Counted from the stretch's first letter, positions 16,739 through 27,228 are shown. The stretch: DNA of 38,977 nt from Synechococcus sp. (GCA_051439605.1 JBFRWN010000103.1:1-38977), one strand, 5' to 3'. The notes: generated by a model not told the origin, from the sequence alone. Numbers and translations are program-made.

Positions 16739-19700
16739 TGGCCACTCCGTTCAGAGAAATAATCAGGGCCTCTCGAGCAGCATCAACTTCTGAATCATCG
16801 ATGCCTGGGAATAGCTGGGTTTCCAGCCACCTGAAATAGGCGGCCTCGAAGTGTTCGAAACAACTCGGTATTGCTTCAAAGGTCGGAGAGGTATCGGTAA
16901 GTTGTATGTGTCGATCTACCCAGTAGATCTTGGGAAATAAATGCACCGGGCAGGCTTGTTGAACGATCCGTTCGGCGTGACGGCGAAATTCACGATCGCG
17001 AAATCGGGCAGGGCTTATTGGCTGTGGTTCTTCAGAATCTAGAGAAAAGTCACGAGCATACCCGGACGGGAATATCAAGGATAATCGTTGACTGTAGGGA
17101 TCCCGTTCTTGTTCGAGATCGGTCAAGGGCAACGAAAGGAAGCGATCTCCCTGCTGGTGCGGACGCAACAAAATATGTTCGATAGTATGAAACCCTTCTG
17201 CACTGTAAAGCGAGTACAGATGATGTATGGTTTCGTCAATGGCTGCTTGCGCTTCTCCCACTGAGGGTAGCGAGGGTAATCTCAGCGCCAATATCTCTCC
17301 ATTGGGATGGAGCAACTCAAAATTGAACGTACCCGGGCCTGCAGGTGAAACACGATAGTTCCAACCATTTAATCCATAGCGTAAGACGCGTTGAATCGAG
17401 CCCTGTGCCAGCGCAACTGCCTCACCATCGGTAGGAGCTTCAAAATGGAATGTACTGCTCAACAAAACAGATCCGGTGTATCCCCTTTCTGTCCACAAAC
17501 GCCACCGTTTTTCGATGATGCCATCGCTATCTAATTCGTCGTAGATTTCAAAAAACTCGTCAATCGGTAAGCTCAACCGGCGCCGCCTTCGATCGCGAAT
17601 CCCCGTGAGATGGGCAATGCGCCGTTCCATCGGCATCGCAGCAGTCTCTATTCGCAGTCTGGCAAACAAAGCTGAAGTTACGATTGATGCATCGTTAGCC
17701 GCATTGGTCGTAGTCCAAGTTCGCACGCTAGTGCCTACTATCCGAGCACTCATCTCAGCGCCAGTTCTCAGCTCGTAGTGAAAGCGACCCGACCCAGCAC
17801 TTTCCACCCTATAGAAATTGCGTTGTGTTGCTAGAATTGCCGCGTCTTCTGACTCAATCGTGGCTGCTGCTTGGGTCGGGAAACTGTCCGCCGAGCGCAA
17901 TCGTTGTTCGCCTTCTAGCACCAGTACCCAATGAAAGTAGCCATCGAGGTTTTGCTCCAACTGTAGCTGTTCTGGGTCGCGTCGCAGCGGATGCCCAAAT
18001 CCTTGCAATTTGTTCGAGTTCAGGTCGGGGATAGCAGCTAAAAAATCAGCCTTATCACCGATCAGGCCCGCGTTAACAGCTTGGCGCCGGGTATCAATTG
18101 GGTCGTCGGGAGGAAGGGGCGCGAGCTCGAGGGCTGAATTAAGCTCCGCTTGCGCCCAGCGATGCCGTTCCTGTGTCCAGGTCACCATGTCTTCCCCTTG
18201 GATTGCCAGCAAACGATCCAACATGCGGTTACGTCGATCTAATAACTGCTCGTGCGATTCAACCGCTGCTCGTAAGGCCACCCGATAAGAATTGTTGGGA
18301 TCGTCGACATAGCTGGGCCAGTCACTTCCCATTGGCAACCGTTTGAGGAGTTTTTGCATACCTGGTAATTCAAACAAGGCCCTGGTAAAGTATGTGGATT
18401 GTTCTTCAGGATTCGCCGAGAAGAATCGATTGATGTTGCCTAGTTGAGCGGTTAGGTCTGCCAGAAATTGTTCGAACAGTAATAAATATCCTTGGGTTTG
18501 CAGGGTTCGCGAGGGTAAATCACGAGCGGTTTCCCATGAAACGCTCCCTTCGCCAACACCAAAAATGCGAGGTAAGTCGTTCTGAAAGGCAAAGTAATCT
18601 TCTATTGGTAGCCAATCACCCGGCTGTACCGGCCAAACAGGTGAAAACGCCTGGGGGCGTGTCGAGCCCCGATATTGGCTTTGTTTTTCGTCGAATAGGG
18701 CCGTCACACGGCGAGGATCGTAAGCAACTTCTACATCGTTGCGGACAAAGTTAATGCGAGATTTGGACAAACTCAAGCGCGGTCGATACAGATCTATTTC
18801 TACGAGGTTTAAGCAGTTTGGTGCATCTGTTGTGATGGGACGGTTATTCACATAGTTGCTCAATGCCAAATCGGTCACTGCCACAATGTCTCGGCCTGTG
18901 GGATTTTCTTGGGCAACCACGTCCGTGCTAGAGGAACTGCGCAAGCGCATGATGATTCGCAGAATATCGGAGGTATAGATTTTGTCGTTGCGCAATAAAG
19001 GCTCGGTATCGCTTGCCTTAAGAAAACCGTGTTTCAATAAGGGGCCGTCATAGAGTGCTTCGGCACTTTTTCCGAGATCTCGCATTTCGGCCAGCGAAGA
19101 AAACTGCACGAGCGGTGACAGCGCCAAGTCAATGGTGAAATAGATTTCGGCAAGAAGCTGTTCTAGATCGGTGCTGCCGGTGACTTCGATACGGGCGCGA
19201 AGACCGATTTCCTGAACTCTGGCTACCTTTAGGCGGATTGGGTATTCGCATAGGTTTCGCCAGCTTTCCGCGTAACGATGGACTTGGAGCGCGCCAGTGC
19301 TTGCCTCCTGCACCCGAGCAACAAACTGCGAGATCGGGCTAGTTGAGTCACTAGTCTCTAAGAGAGTTCTGGCATTTGTCAGAATGCCGGTAATTACAGT
19401 CGCAGGTCTATCCAGCTCGCTGGTGATATGCAACAAAACCCACAGATCGATATGGTCAGTGGCGTCGCTGGTATCGTTATAGCTAACTCGTAAGGTGCCG
19501 AAGTAGCTTAGTGGCTCTGTTAGGGCACGCCATACCTGACCAGCTGGCGCGTCTTCACGCTCCAGCATAGCGATCGAATTCACAGTGGCACCGGCTCTGA
19601 AGGGGGCAGCCTCGGCCTCATCCCAATAGGGCAGGGCAATATCTAACTGGTAGGGATCGCCTCCATCTTCTGCTTCTATCGAAAAGGAATAGGTATTGCT

Positions 19701-20192
19701 ATTCCACTCTCTCGTTTCAAAAACCAGCATGACTTCGTAAAGACCGCGAGGCTCTATTTGAGATGAGCCTGGGTCGTAAGTGAAGGGCGGATCCATGCCG
19801 ACCGCTTGAAAAAAGGGAACTTCGCTATCGGTAGTCGCCACAATCCGGGCTTCACTGACCAAAGGATGGTCTAGCAGCATCTTTTGCCAGTCTCCTGCCG
19901 CTATCGGTGCCGATGGTAAGGCGCGATGGACAGGAACAAAATCTGGCAGCGCATGACTTTCTCCACTTCGGAGCAAATCCGCCACATCTTGCTGGAGCCG
20001 GAATCCCAACTCTGTCATGGCATAGCTAAACGCTTCCAGCAGCGTTATGCCTGGATCGTGGACATTATGGTCGGTCCACGTGTCTTGCGCCAGTTCGCGG
20101 ATTAGTTGCATGCCCTTCTCACGCAAGGCAGCGTAATTCATACTGGTGCTGGTGGGAGGAGTTGATGATATGCGGACGGGAGTATCGTTCAT
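16728..20192 (-). CDS. baseplate protein Afp12-like with an insertion of four YegP/DUF1508-like repeats
   Basis: WTDHNVHDPGITLLEAFSYAMTELGFR N-terminus; QTQGYLLLFEQFLAD; EGFHTIEHILLRP...DPYSQRLS...QACPVH C-terminus. ATG at 20192 preferred because it avoids overlap with the fibre gene. Confidence 0.88.
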   Translation of the reverse strand: MNDTPVRISSTPPTSTSMNYAALREKGMQLIRELAQDTWTDHNVHDPGITLLEAFSYAMTELGFRLQQDVADLLRSGESHALPDFVPVHRALPSAPIAAGDWQKMLLDHPLVSEARIVATTDSEVPFFQAVGMDPPFTYDPGSSQIEPRGLYEVMLVFETREWNSNTYSFSIEAEDGGDPYQLDIALPYWDEAEAAPFRAGATVNSIAMLEREDAPAGQVWRALTEPLSYFGTLRVSYNDTSDATDHIDLWVLLHITSELDRPATVITGILTNARTLLETSDSTSPISQFVARVQEASTGALQVHRYAESWRNLCEYPIRLKVARVQEIGLRARIEVTGSTDLEQLLAEIYFTIDLALSPLVQFSSLAEMRDLGKSAEALYDGPLLKHGFLKASDTEPLLRNDKIYTSDILRIIMRLRSSSSTDVVAQENPTGRDIVAVTDLALSNYVNNRPITTDAPNCLNLVEIDLYRPRLSLSKSRINFVRNDVEVAYDPRRVTALFDEKQSQYRGSTRPQAFSPVWPVQPGDWLPIEDYFAFQNDLPRIFGVGEGSVSWETARDLPSRTLQTQGYLLLFEQFLADLTAQLGNINRFFSANPEEQSTYFTRALFELPGMQKLLKRLPMGSDWPSYVDDPNNSYRVALRAAVESHEQLLDRRNRMLDRLLAIQGEDMVTWTQERHRWAQAELNSALELAPLPPDDPIDTRRQAVNAGLIGDKADFLAAIPDLNSNKLQGFGHPLRRDPEQLQLEQNLDGYFHWVLVLEGEQRLRSADSFPTQAAATIESEDAAILATQRNFYRVESAGSGRFHYELRTGAEMSARIVGTSVRTWTTTNAANDASIVTSALFARLRIETAAMPMERRIAHLTGIRDRRRRRLSLPIDEFFEIYDELDSDGIIEKRWRLWTERGYTGSVLLSSTFHFEAPTDGEAVALAQGSIQRVLRYGLNGWNYRVSPAGPGTFNFELLHPNGEILALRLPSLPSVGEAQAAIDETIHHLYSLYSAEGFHTIEHILLRPHQQGDRFLSLPLTDLEQERDPYSQRLSLIFPSGYARDFSLDSEEPQPISPARFRDREFRRHAERIVQQACPVHLFPKIYWVDRHIQLTDTSPTFEAIPSCFEHFEAAYFRWLETQLFPGIDDSEVDAAREALIISLNGVANGT

Positions 20193-20208
20193 TGGGAACC
20201 TACACCGC

Positions 20209-21360
20209 TTACTTATATTCGTCTTGGCTATAGGGGGCTTGTTGTAATTTGGCGATAGTCCCTTCCAGTTCTGCAACCCGGCCAGTCAGCTCTTTGACAG
20301 CATTGACCAAGACATAGGTCAGGGCCGAACCGTTATAAATGCGTAGCGGCTCATCATCGCTTGCAATTCCATCTGCATTGGGTAAGGGTCGCACCATTTC
20401 GGGGAAGATGGTTTCTATTTCCTGGCCAATGATGCCGATACTTTCTTTTCCTTTGGGCGTTCCAGCTTTGCCGTTGTAGCGGAAGCGTACGGGGCGCACC
20501 TGCATCAATTCATCCAACCCCACGTCTAAATCGCGAATGTCCTCTTTGACCCGAATATCAGATAATTCCGACCAGACACCTCCGCCTGGTTTCTGCGCGT
20601 CCCCTGCAACAAGCAAATCGTTTCGAACACCTAACGTATCGCTGACAAAAGCCGAGCCACGGACTTGAAATTCGGGATCTAACGCTCGGCTAATTTCATC
20701 ACCGAGATCGGTTTCCGAACCCACCACCACATGGCCATCTACGGCAGTAATGCCCAACCGTACGCTATTTCCATTTTGGCGAATGCTCAAAGGTTGATCG
20801 GCAGGGGCGTTGAGATGTACGTTCCCATTCTCACCCTGCCGAAAACCATAGGCTGTATTGGTGGCGTGACCTCGGTGAGCGAAATAAGCATAGTTCTGGA
20901 AAGCGCCTTGGCCATTACTACAAACTGCGTTGCCAAAGCGCACCTGCTCTTCAGTTCCCGTATTTCTACCTAAAGGAACTTCTAGACGATAGGTGGGTGG
21001 TTCTGCTGCCGTGAACCCGCTGCCAATACCGACGTTTCCCCTGTCATAAGCTACGGCATCTGAATCTCCAACAGATTGAAACGCTCCGCCGCTGCCACTC
21101 GCCAGACTCACCCATGCAGAACCGTTCGAATACTGCACCTGGGTGCCAGTGAAACGCAACGTACCTGCTGCAGTGACACGCTCGCTATTTCCCAACTGCA
21201 ATCCACGGGGTAAGAGTAAATCCTGTTCAACAGGATCGACGCTTAAGCCATCTTCTTGAATATTTAGAAAACTGTCTATTAGATCGGCAAAGTCTCTGCC
21301 TGAAGGCCGTTCGCCGTCTTTAAATTCCTCTTTTAGAGAGGTTCTGTTTCGAGTACTCAT
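20209..21360 (-). CDS. tail fibre (Afp13-like) with C-terminal intramolecular chaperone (peptidase S74)
   Basis: N-terminal RNRTSLKEEFKDGERPSGRDFADLIDSF (eCIS fibre attachment type); C-terminal SDIRVKEDI...RPVRFRY...GIIGQEIE...LVNAVKEL followed by a coiled coil. Confidence 0.9.
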   Translation of the reverse strand: MSTRNRTSLKEEFKDGERPSGRDFADLIDSFLNIQEDGLSVDPVEQDLLLPRGLQLGNSERVTAAGTLRFTGTQVQYSNGSAWVSLASGSGGAFQSVGDSDAVAYDRGNVGIGSGFTAAEPPTYRLEVPLGRNTGTEEQVRFGNAVCSNGQGAFQNYAYFAHRGHATNTAYGFRQGENGNVHLNAPADQPLSIRQNGNSVRLGITAVDGHVVVGSETDLGDEISRALDPEFQVRGSAFVSDTLGVRNDLLVAGDAQKPGGGVWSELSDIRVKEDIRDLDVGLDELMQVRPVRFRYNGKAGTPKGKESIGIIGQEIETIFPEMVRPLPNADGIASDDEPLRIYNGSALTYVLVNAVKELTGRVAELEGTIAKLQQAPYSQDEYK

Positions 21361-21402
21361 AATCTGTTCTCCAGAATTGTTGTTGAAGAAATCGACAAGC
21401 GG

Positions 21403-24400
21403 TTAGATCGTAAAATCAAGAGCTACCGTCATATAGCCAATGCCAACCTTCTTAGGTCCAGAGCAACGACCTTCACCGATGGAAATTGGGGTTATTCGGT
21501 GCTCCGGATGGGAAACCAAGATGCTGTGGGGGCGAGTGGTGATGGCAACTTCTACACCACGTCCAACCACAAACGTGTCACCAATAACCATGCCTGGCTG
21601 TGCGTGTGATATTGTCGGCTGTGGGTCAGGGCGAATAATGAAATCAACCCCCACTGTCATATCGTCAATACCGCCGCGCGGTGCTCCATCGTGGCTGTGA
21701 TAAAGCTGAAAATCTGTTATGTAGTCCACGTAATCTCGACCCTCCATAAAAGCCAAGATCTCGGACTTGTAAATTTGGGCTCCGAACGTAATGTCCCGTC
21801 CATCTTCGTAAGCCCACGGAGACAAAAAATGACTCAGTTCCTGATTTAAAACACCAGCGTAAAACCCTGCGTCCAAGCCAGATTGAAAGGCGACTTGCGC
21901 ATCAACCAGAATGTGTTCGTACGCAGGAGGGATAACATTCACATTCGCAAAGGCACTGGCAATTCCACTGTTGATATAGTCGCGAATGCGGTTCATCAGC
22001 ACCTCACCGGGGCGAGGTTCTAGTCGGTTACCGATAGTGACGGTGCGGAGATTAGGCACAATCACCAATGCAGCCTCACCTGCCTTCTCCGTGCCGTCAG
22101 TCGTACTGTGGGGCAAACATTTGACTTTGAATACCTCCGGAAACTGTTCGAGCACGAGTCGCTCAAAATCCCAGGGGGTGACCGCCCTGTTGCGATGTCG
22201 AAGCCGCTCGCTGCAGCGGCGGAAGAAAGCTTTATCAGTTTCGCTGGCGCGTCCTCCGTACGAACGATAGGGTTGACTGACCGACTTAATTGCTGCATCT
22301 CGCTGTTTCAGACGTTTGATAGTGTGCTCGGCTATTCCTTGTTGAAGATGGGTGTTGTAGCTCGACAGTTCGCCAGCCGTGGGCGAAAACCTAGCAATGG
22401 CAGCCTGAGAGTGTAAAGCGTGGGTTCGCGCTGCACTTTCAGGGGCTTGGCGAACCAGTGCTCGCAGCCACACCATCCCTGCTGGCATGATGGTGTGGAC
22501 AGTGGTGGCATCTCTGGCAACCGATAACACCACTAAGCCGGGTTGCTGAAAACCGTATGTACTGTCATTCAGGATTGCGTTTCTGGGCAAGCGCTTCCAC
22601 CCCTCGCGACTTAAGTAACTCCACTCGGTTGCAGTTGGCGCTAAGACAGGGGTTGCACTGGCGGTTCCACGGTCGATTTGAAACAACAAAGAGATATTGT
22701 CGGGGGGGGTGAAGTTTTCTAGACCGAGATAGAGCGCTCCCAGAGCAAATGGCAGATTGTTGGCATCAGCATCGGTTAGGTTCGGAATCAATCTGCTCCC
22801 TTGCGCTGAGGCTGGTGAGTAACCAAATGGCTCCAGCCTGAAAAACTGATTTTCGCTGTGAGCCGTCCCCGGTACTATGTCCACAGAGGCACAGTAGTCG
22901 AGGGAAAGACTTGCGAGCGTAGGCGTCCAGGGTGGGTTGGGCAATTCTACATTTTGGTTTTGACTGAGGGCGATCGCCTGAGTCCCGTACCGTTTTGGAA
23001 ACATTTGGTGTCCAAACGCTTCGAAAGTAGTCTGACGGACGTAAGGAAGGCCAAAAGAAGGTCCTGTCAGACTCAAGCGAATGAACCCATATTTTGTGTC
23101 GGCCTTGTAGGCGCCGAGTTCGCGCAGCTCGGGCTTGGGGGAATCGTCGGTGTCCGCCAAAGCGGACCGGAACGCACTGTCGTTAGCCTCAATGACTCGA
23201 CGATCTCTAGCAAGATCGTCATTGCTATTGAACAGCGACTGGAAAGACAATAAGGAGTGATCCCAGCTGTGATCGTAAAGTAGGTCAACCTTGGCAACAA
23301 AGTAGCTACTAAATGTATCTGTCAGTTGAGAGTCAGAACTATCAAAATAGGCGCGATAATAAGCATATAAATCCTTAGGAACATCTTGCCACTCCAAAAT
23401 GAGTTTTAAATTATTCAGGTGCTTGCTAAAAACTTCGGCACTTCCAATATAAAAAGAAGACCCCAGACGTGGTTGACTGCCAAAGAGCGCCATAGGTTGT
23501 TCGGGAGTAAGCAGTCCCTGCTCATTTTGGACTATCAACTGTTTCACCCCTTTAACATCAACATCTAGGGTGAGATGCTCGATAGTTAAGCCGTCCAGTG
23601 TTTCGTAGTGACCAGCAGCTCCATTGAGACGACAGCGCAATACTGGCCAAGAGACAGCCGGTGCGCCATCACCATGTAAAGTCGAATCGAAAGCCACAAT
23701 TGGTGGAGCCGTTTGGTCCAGTGATAGCTCTATTGTTAGGGTCGCGAGGTCACTATTTGGTTGATGCTGCAAGAGTGCGGTAAAGCTGTTAGGTGTAAGC
23801 CAACCTTCTACACCTGTTAGGTCCACTGTAAATGCCGAGACCAAACCTAACGTGCTTGGACCAATGGCTGTACTGCCACTCAGATCGATTCTTACAGTAA
23901 GCTTGCGAGCTCCCTCGGCCATCAGTAGGATGGGCGAGGCAATAGCAAAACCAATTTGGGCTTCGCTCATAAACCGCTGATTGGCGTCGAGATCCAGTTG
24001 CTTGCGCCCGAAGGTATACCAGCTTTTCCCTTCCAACTCAGAAGCACCAACACTCGAAAAAAAGTGTTTCTTATTCCGATAAGTTTCTCCCACTAAACGT
24101 CGGAATTCTTTAACCTTCGCCGCACTAACTACAAGCTCAGCTTGAGTCTCATAATAGCTAGGCCGACTTCTTTTCTCTTTATCGTCAACGACCTTGCCAG
24201 CATCTAATGAGGTATGAACCTTGATTCTTGTTGGGGCCGCATTACGAGCCAATTCAAAGATGACATGCACCTCGTCGGCCTCGGCCTCACGTCGCAATAG
24301 ACTCAGTTTCTTTTCATAATAATGTTGCAGGTGCAGTCGAGGTAGCGCGTTTAAGTCAGCTTGCAGAAACTCGTACAACTTCAGAAACACGACAAAAAGT

Positions 24401-24702
24401 GCCACGTGGGGTGGCCAATCATTGCGCAAATTTAAAGTGGTTTCTAAGGATTTTGCATCGTATATCTCTCCAGTCGAAGGATCGACCAGAGCATCTAGAA
24501 AAGGACGCCAGTCTCCCGTCGCTTGACCGTTCAGAGTATAGAATCTAATTTCAGCTGCTAACTTACGCGCATAGCCTATCAGGTCACTCAGTGACCTTTC
24601 GTCCGGCAAAATATAATCCGGCTCCAGTGCGGGTAGAAGGCGCTGCAACTGGTTAGTGCCGTCAAATTTCAGTAGGTTACCGTAACGTTGAAAGCGGTCC
24701 AT
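21403..24702 (-). CDS. baseplate J/gp6-like wedge protein (Afp11-like)
   Basis: DGTNQLQR...PDERS, PHVALFVVF, HLQHYY, DEVHVIF, GFAIASPILLMAEG, and RCSERLRHRNRAVTPWDFERLVLEQFP. Confidence 0.92.
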   Translation of the reverse strand: MDRFQRYGNLLKFDGTNQLQRLLPALEPDYILPDERSLSDLIGYARKLAAEIRFYTLNGQATGDWRPFLDALVDPSTGEIYDAKSLETTLNLRNDWPPHVALFVVFLKLYEFLQADLNALPRLHLQHYYEKKLSLLRREAEADEVHVIFELARNAAPTRIKVHTSLDAGKVVDDKEKRSRPSYYETQAELVVSAAKVKEFRRLVGETYRNKKHFFSSVGASELEGKSWYTFGRKQLDLDANQRFMSEAQIGFAIASPILLMAEGARKLTVRIDLSGSTAIGPSTLGLVSAFTVDLTGVEGWLTPNSFTALLQHQPNSDLATLTIELSLDQTAPPIVAFDSTLHGDGAPAVSWPVLRCRLNGAAGHYETLDGLTIEHLTLDVDVKGVKQLIVQNEQGLLTPEQPMALFGSQPRLGSSFYIGSAEVFSKHLNNLKLILEWQDVPKDLYAYYRAYFDSSDSQLTDTFSSYFVAKVDLLYDHSWDHSLLSFQSLFNSNDDLARDRRVIEANDSAFRSALADTDDSPKPELRELGAYKADTKYGFIRLSLTGPSFGLPYVRQTTFEAFGHQMFPKRYGTQAIALSQNQNVELPNPPWTPTLASLSLDYCASVDIVPGTAHSENQFFRLEPFGYSPASAQGSRLIPNLTDADANNLPFALGALYLGLENFTPPDNISLLFQIDRGTASATPVLAPTATEWSYLSREGWKRLPRNAILNDSTYGFQQPGLVVLSVARDATTVHTIMPAGMVWLRALVRQAPESAARTHALHSQAAIARFSPTAGELSSYNTHLQQGIAEHTIKRLKQRDAAIKSVSQPYRSYGGRASETDKAFFRRCSERLRHRNRAVTPWDFERLVLEQFPEVFKVKCLPHSTTDGTEKAGEAALVIVPNLRTVTIGNRLEPRPGEVLMNRIRDYINSGIASAFANVNVIPPAYEHILVDAQVAFQSGLDAGFYAGVLNQELSHFLSPWAYEDGRDITFGAQIYKSEILAFMEGRDYVDYITDFQLYHSHDGAPRGGIDDMTVGVDFIIRPDPQPTISHAQPGMVIGDTFVVGRGVEVAITTRPHSILVSHPEHRITPISIGEGRCSGPKKVGIGYMTVALDFTI

Positions 24703-24704
24703 AG

Positions 24705-25109
24705 CTATACCAAGTTGGCTTCATCCAGATAGAAGGGATACACCAAATTACTGCGGGTATTCGTGACTCGAATGGTGTAATCCAGCCGAATCTCAATCAG
24801 TCCCTCCCGGTTTGGAGGCAGTTCAAATGTGACCTTGTTGAGTTCGATCCGAGATTCGAAAAATAAGATTGCCGTTTCGATTTCCCCTTTCAGGTAGGAC
24901 GCAAAAGTAGTAGATAGTGGCTCGAACAACAATGCGTCGCGTTTCCACCCAAAAGCAGGTCGCATTACCCGTTCTCCTAACTCGGTAGAGAGGAGAATAT
25001 TCAGGCTTTGGCGAATGTCCTCTTCTGCCTCCGCCATCCGCACGCTACGGCCCTGATTTTCAAAAACCAAAGGAAAGGCCCATCCTTTACCGAGAAACTG
25101 TTCTTCCAT
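24705..25109 (-). CDS. baseplate GPW/gp25 protein (Afp9-like, sheath initiator)
   Basis: FLGKGWAFP...EDIRQSLNILLSTELGERVMRPAFG...NLVYPFY; ATG at 25109 preferred. Confidence 0.95.
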   Translation of the reverse strand: MEEQFLGKGWAFPLVFENQGRSVRMAEAEEDIRQSLNILLSTELGERVMRPAFGWKRDALLFEPLSTTFASYLKGEIETAILFFESRIELNKVTFELPPNREGLIEIRLDYTIRVTNTRSNLVYPFYLDEANLV

Positions 25110-25116
25110 AGCTGTA

Positions 25117-25407
25117 CTACCCCCCAATCATCACAGTGGGGCAGCCCGCGATAATACTTCCGCCATGGGCAGTACTATCTCCCAATCGGGCAGCTGGCAT
25201 CCCCCCGATCGTCACAGTGGCGCTACCCATAATTACGGTATCTGGAGGGCCGCTGCAGGTCAGCATGTCTCCCATCCTCAGGGCAGGCATGCTACCAACC
25301 ATCACGGTGGGTTCCCCTGGTGGCAAAGCGGGACCACCTAAATGAGGAACAGTGCCAGTAACCATTGGGCAAACATGCATATCGCCAGCGCGGGCTGCAG
25401 GGGGCAT
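25117..25407 (-). CDS. PAAR spike-tip protein (Afp10-like)
   Basis: MPPAARAGDMHVCP...PALRMGD...PAARLGDSTAHGG...GCPTVMIGG; AGGAG RBS upstream of the ATG at 25407. Confidence 0.95.
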   Translation of the reverse strand: MPPAARAGDMHVCPMVTGTVPHLGGPALPPGEPTVMVGSMPALRMGDMLTCSGPPDTVIMGSATVTIGGMPAARLGDSTAHGGSIIAGCPTVMIGG

Positions 25408-25488
25408 GGGTTCATCGCTCCTGTTTCGACTCAACAAAAAACATTTCAATCAACGGGATATACAAGGTTGTAAAAGACAAAGAAAAGA

Positions 25489-27228
25489 CTAGTTAATCTG
25501 TACCAGGGCTCCTTTAACCGTCATAGTGCCGCTACTACTGACTTCTGCTGAGGCGGATCCCTCAGCTTTAAACATTGCAGATGCTTTCAATTCGGTGTTG
25601 ACCCCCTCAGCAGCAAGATCGGAAGTTGCCACTAATTTCAAGGCTTGCGCACTTGAAATCTCGATACCTTCACTATTCATGGTGATTTTATTTCCATTTA
25701 GATCCTCCAACACGATGCCGCTGTCCGCGTCGGAGAAGGTCAGGGTATTGCCCTCAGGTGTGGCCAATGACAGCACGGCTTGGTCGTCATCGATCGATAC
25801 GGTGATGCCACTGCGAGACTTATATCTCTTTTGATGGTTATCCTCCGTAGCTTCAATAGGGGGCGTATTGGCGCTGCTGTGCAGCATGCCCAACACAACA
25901 GGCTGGGCCGGATCGCTGTGAAAGAATCCCAACACCACCTCGTCATCCACTTCAGGTCGGAAAAATGTCCCTCGATCGGCCCCGGCATCCAAAGTCGCCA
26001 CTCTTGCCCACACTCCTTGTTCGTCCAGACCGGCGATCGGAACTTTCACCCGAATGCGGTTCTCCCCTGCCGGATCGTCTGCTAGCTGGGTCACAACCCC
26101 TACCTGCAGACCGCTGACAGCAGGAGTTAGACCCGCTGCGGGGAGATGATTGACTTCAAACTGGTCTGCATGCCTCTGACGGGGTAGACCAAATTCAGCA
26201 TCGGTCAGCCAGTTGTTATTGCTAAATTCATGTCGAACGCCAGTGACGTAAACATTGCCATTGAACCGTTCGCTGATACTAGAAAGCTCCAGGACACGAC
26301 CTAGCTGCACCGCAGGCAAACCCTGAAACTGAGCCCTTCCCCGAGAAGCGGCAAGACGGGCTCGGAGCATGGCACCGTCGGCCCAAGCCTGCAAAGCGTC
26401 AGCCGCAAGGTTGCCTCCGTGCCAGAGCACATCCTCTTCCCGGGCCGTGGCACCGGTCATGTCAGCTGCCGTCAAGTTACCGTTGCCTTCCCAGCTGGGG
26501 TCAGTGCCTTCGGCTTCTACTAAGTCCTGATCGGCTGGACTCCAGGCCACCGATCGAATCGCGTCGCTTTGAGAACGTGCATCAAATCGGACATCGAGCT
26601 CCAGCAGGGTTGCCCCGAAAAGGATGGTGGCGTCCGGTTCTTCATCCAAAGCCGGCACCAAACTCCGCACCGTACCGTTATCGACCGCAACGATCTGGCC
26701 ATTGGCCTCCAGTCTGTTGAGCAGAAAATCCCAATCGCTAGCCTGGTACTGCAGTAATTGAGGATGGGTAACATCCGTGGTCGTAATATCTGCATCGAGG
26801 TCGTACTCCGACAGAAGAGTTTCCGCCACATCGCTATCTGTTACCTCCTCGAAGTAGCGGTTGCGACAGGTAAGGGTCATCTTGAAGGCTGGGTCGCGGC
26901 AGTCCACCTCCAACCACGAACTATTGCGGCGTACCATCACTCGTTGGGACAGCACAATACCTGTAAACAGCGGTTCTGTTTCACCGCTATACCCCGCATG
27001 CACTGTCAATTCGTTACCGGGAACGAAAAAGTCTCCCGTGCTTTGGGCAAAGTCTCCCACCGCCGGATCCCCATCAGCGACCCGCAATCGCGCATAGGGA
27101 ATCCGATTGGCCTGTCTAACCACTTCCACACTCTTAATGGCAACTGTACGGGGAAGTTCTTCGCCATTGACCTCAATCGTCAGACTAACGACATCGGTAC
27201 TGCGTTCGAGTGGTAAAAGACGACTCAC
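25489..27228 (-). CDS. vgrG: VgrG-like spike (gp27/gp5, Afp8-like)
   Basis: ANRIPYARL, QYQASDWDFL, GVVTQLADDPAGENRIRV, WARVATLDAG...FRPEVDDEVVLGF, ending KGALVQIN. Confidence 0.95.
   Translation of the reverse strand: MSRLLPLERSTDVVSLTIEVNGEELPRTVAIKSVEVVRQANRIPYARLRVADGDPAVGDFAQSTGDFFVPGNELTVHAGYSGETEPLFTGIVLSQRVMVRRNSSWLEVDCRDPAFKMTLTCRNRYFEEVTDSDVAETLLSEYDLDADITTTDVTHPQLLQYQASDWDFLLNRLEANGQIVAVDNGTVRSLVPALDEEPDATILFGATLLELDVRFDARSQSDAIRSVAWSPADQDLVEAEGTDPSWEGNGNLTAADMTGATAREEDVLWHGGNLAADALQAWADGAMLRARLAASRGRAQFQGLPAVQLGRVLELSSISERFNGNVYVTGVRHEFSNNNWLTDAEFGLPRQRHADQFEVNHLPAAGLTPAVSGLQVGVVTQLADDPAGENRIRVKVPIAGLDEQGVWARVATLDAGADRGTFFRPEVDDEVVLGFFHSDPAQPVVLGMLHSSANTPPIEATEDNHQKRYKSRSGITVSIDDDQAVLSLATPEGNTLTFSDADSGIVLEDLNGNKITMNSEGIEISSAQALKLVATSDLAAEGVNTELKASAMFKAEGSASAEVSSSGTMTVKGALVQIN

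Noticed and set aside
25489..25800. Evolved VgrG or PAAR with a fused toxin
   Set aside because: VgrG ends at the usual KGALVQIN, and the adjacent PAAR is only 96 aa.
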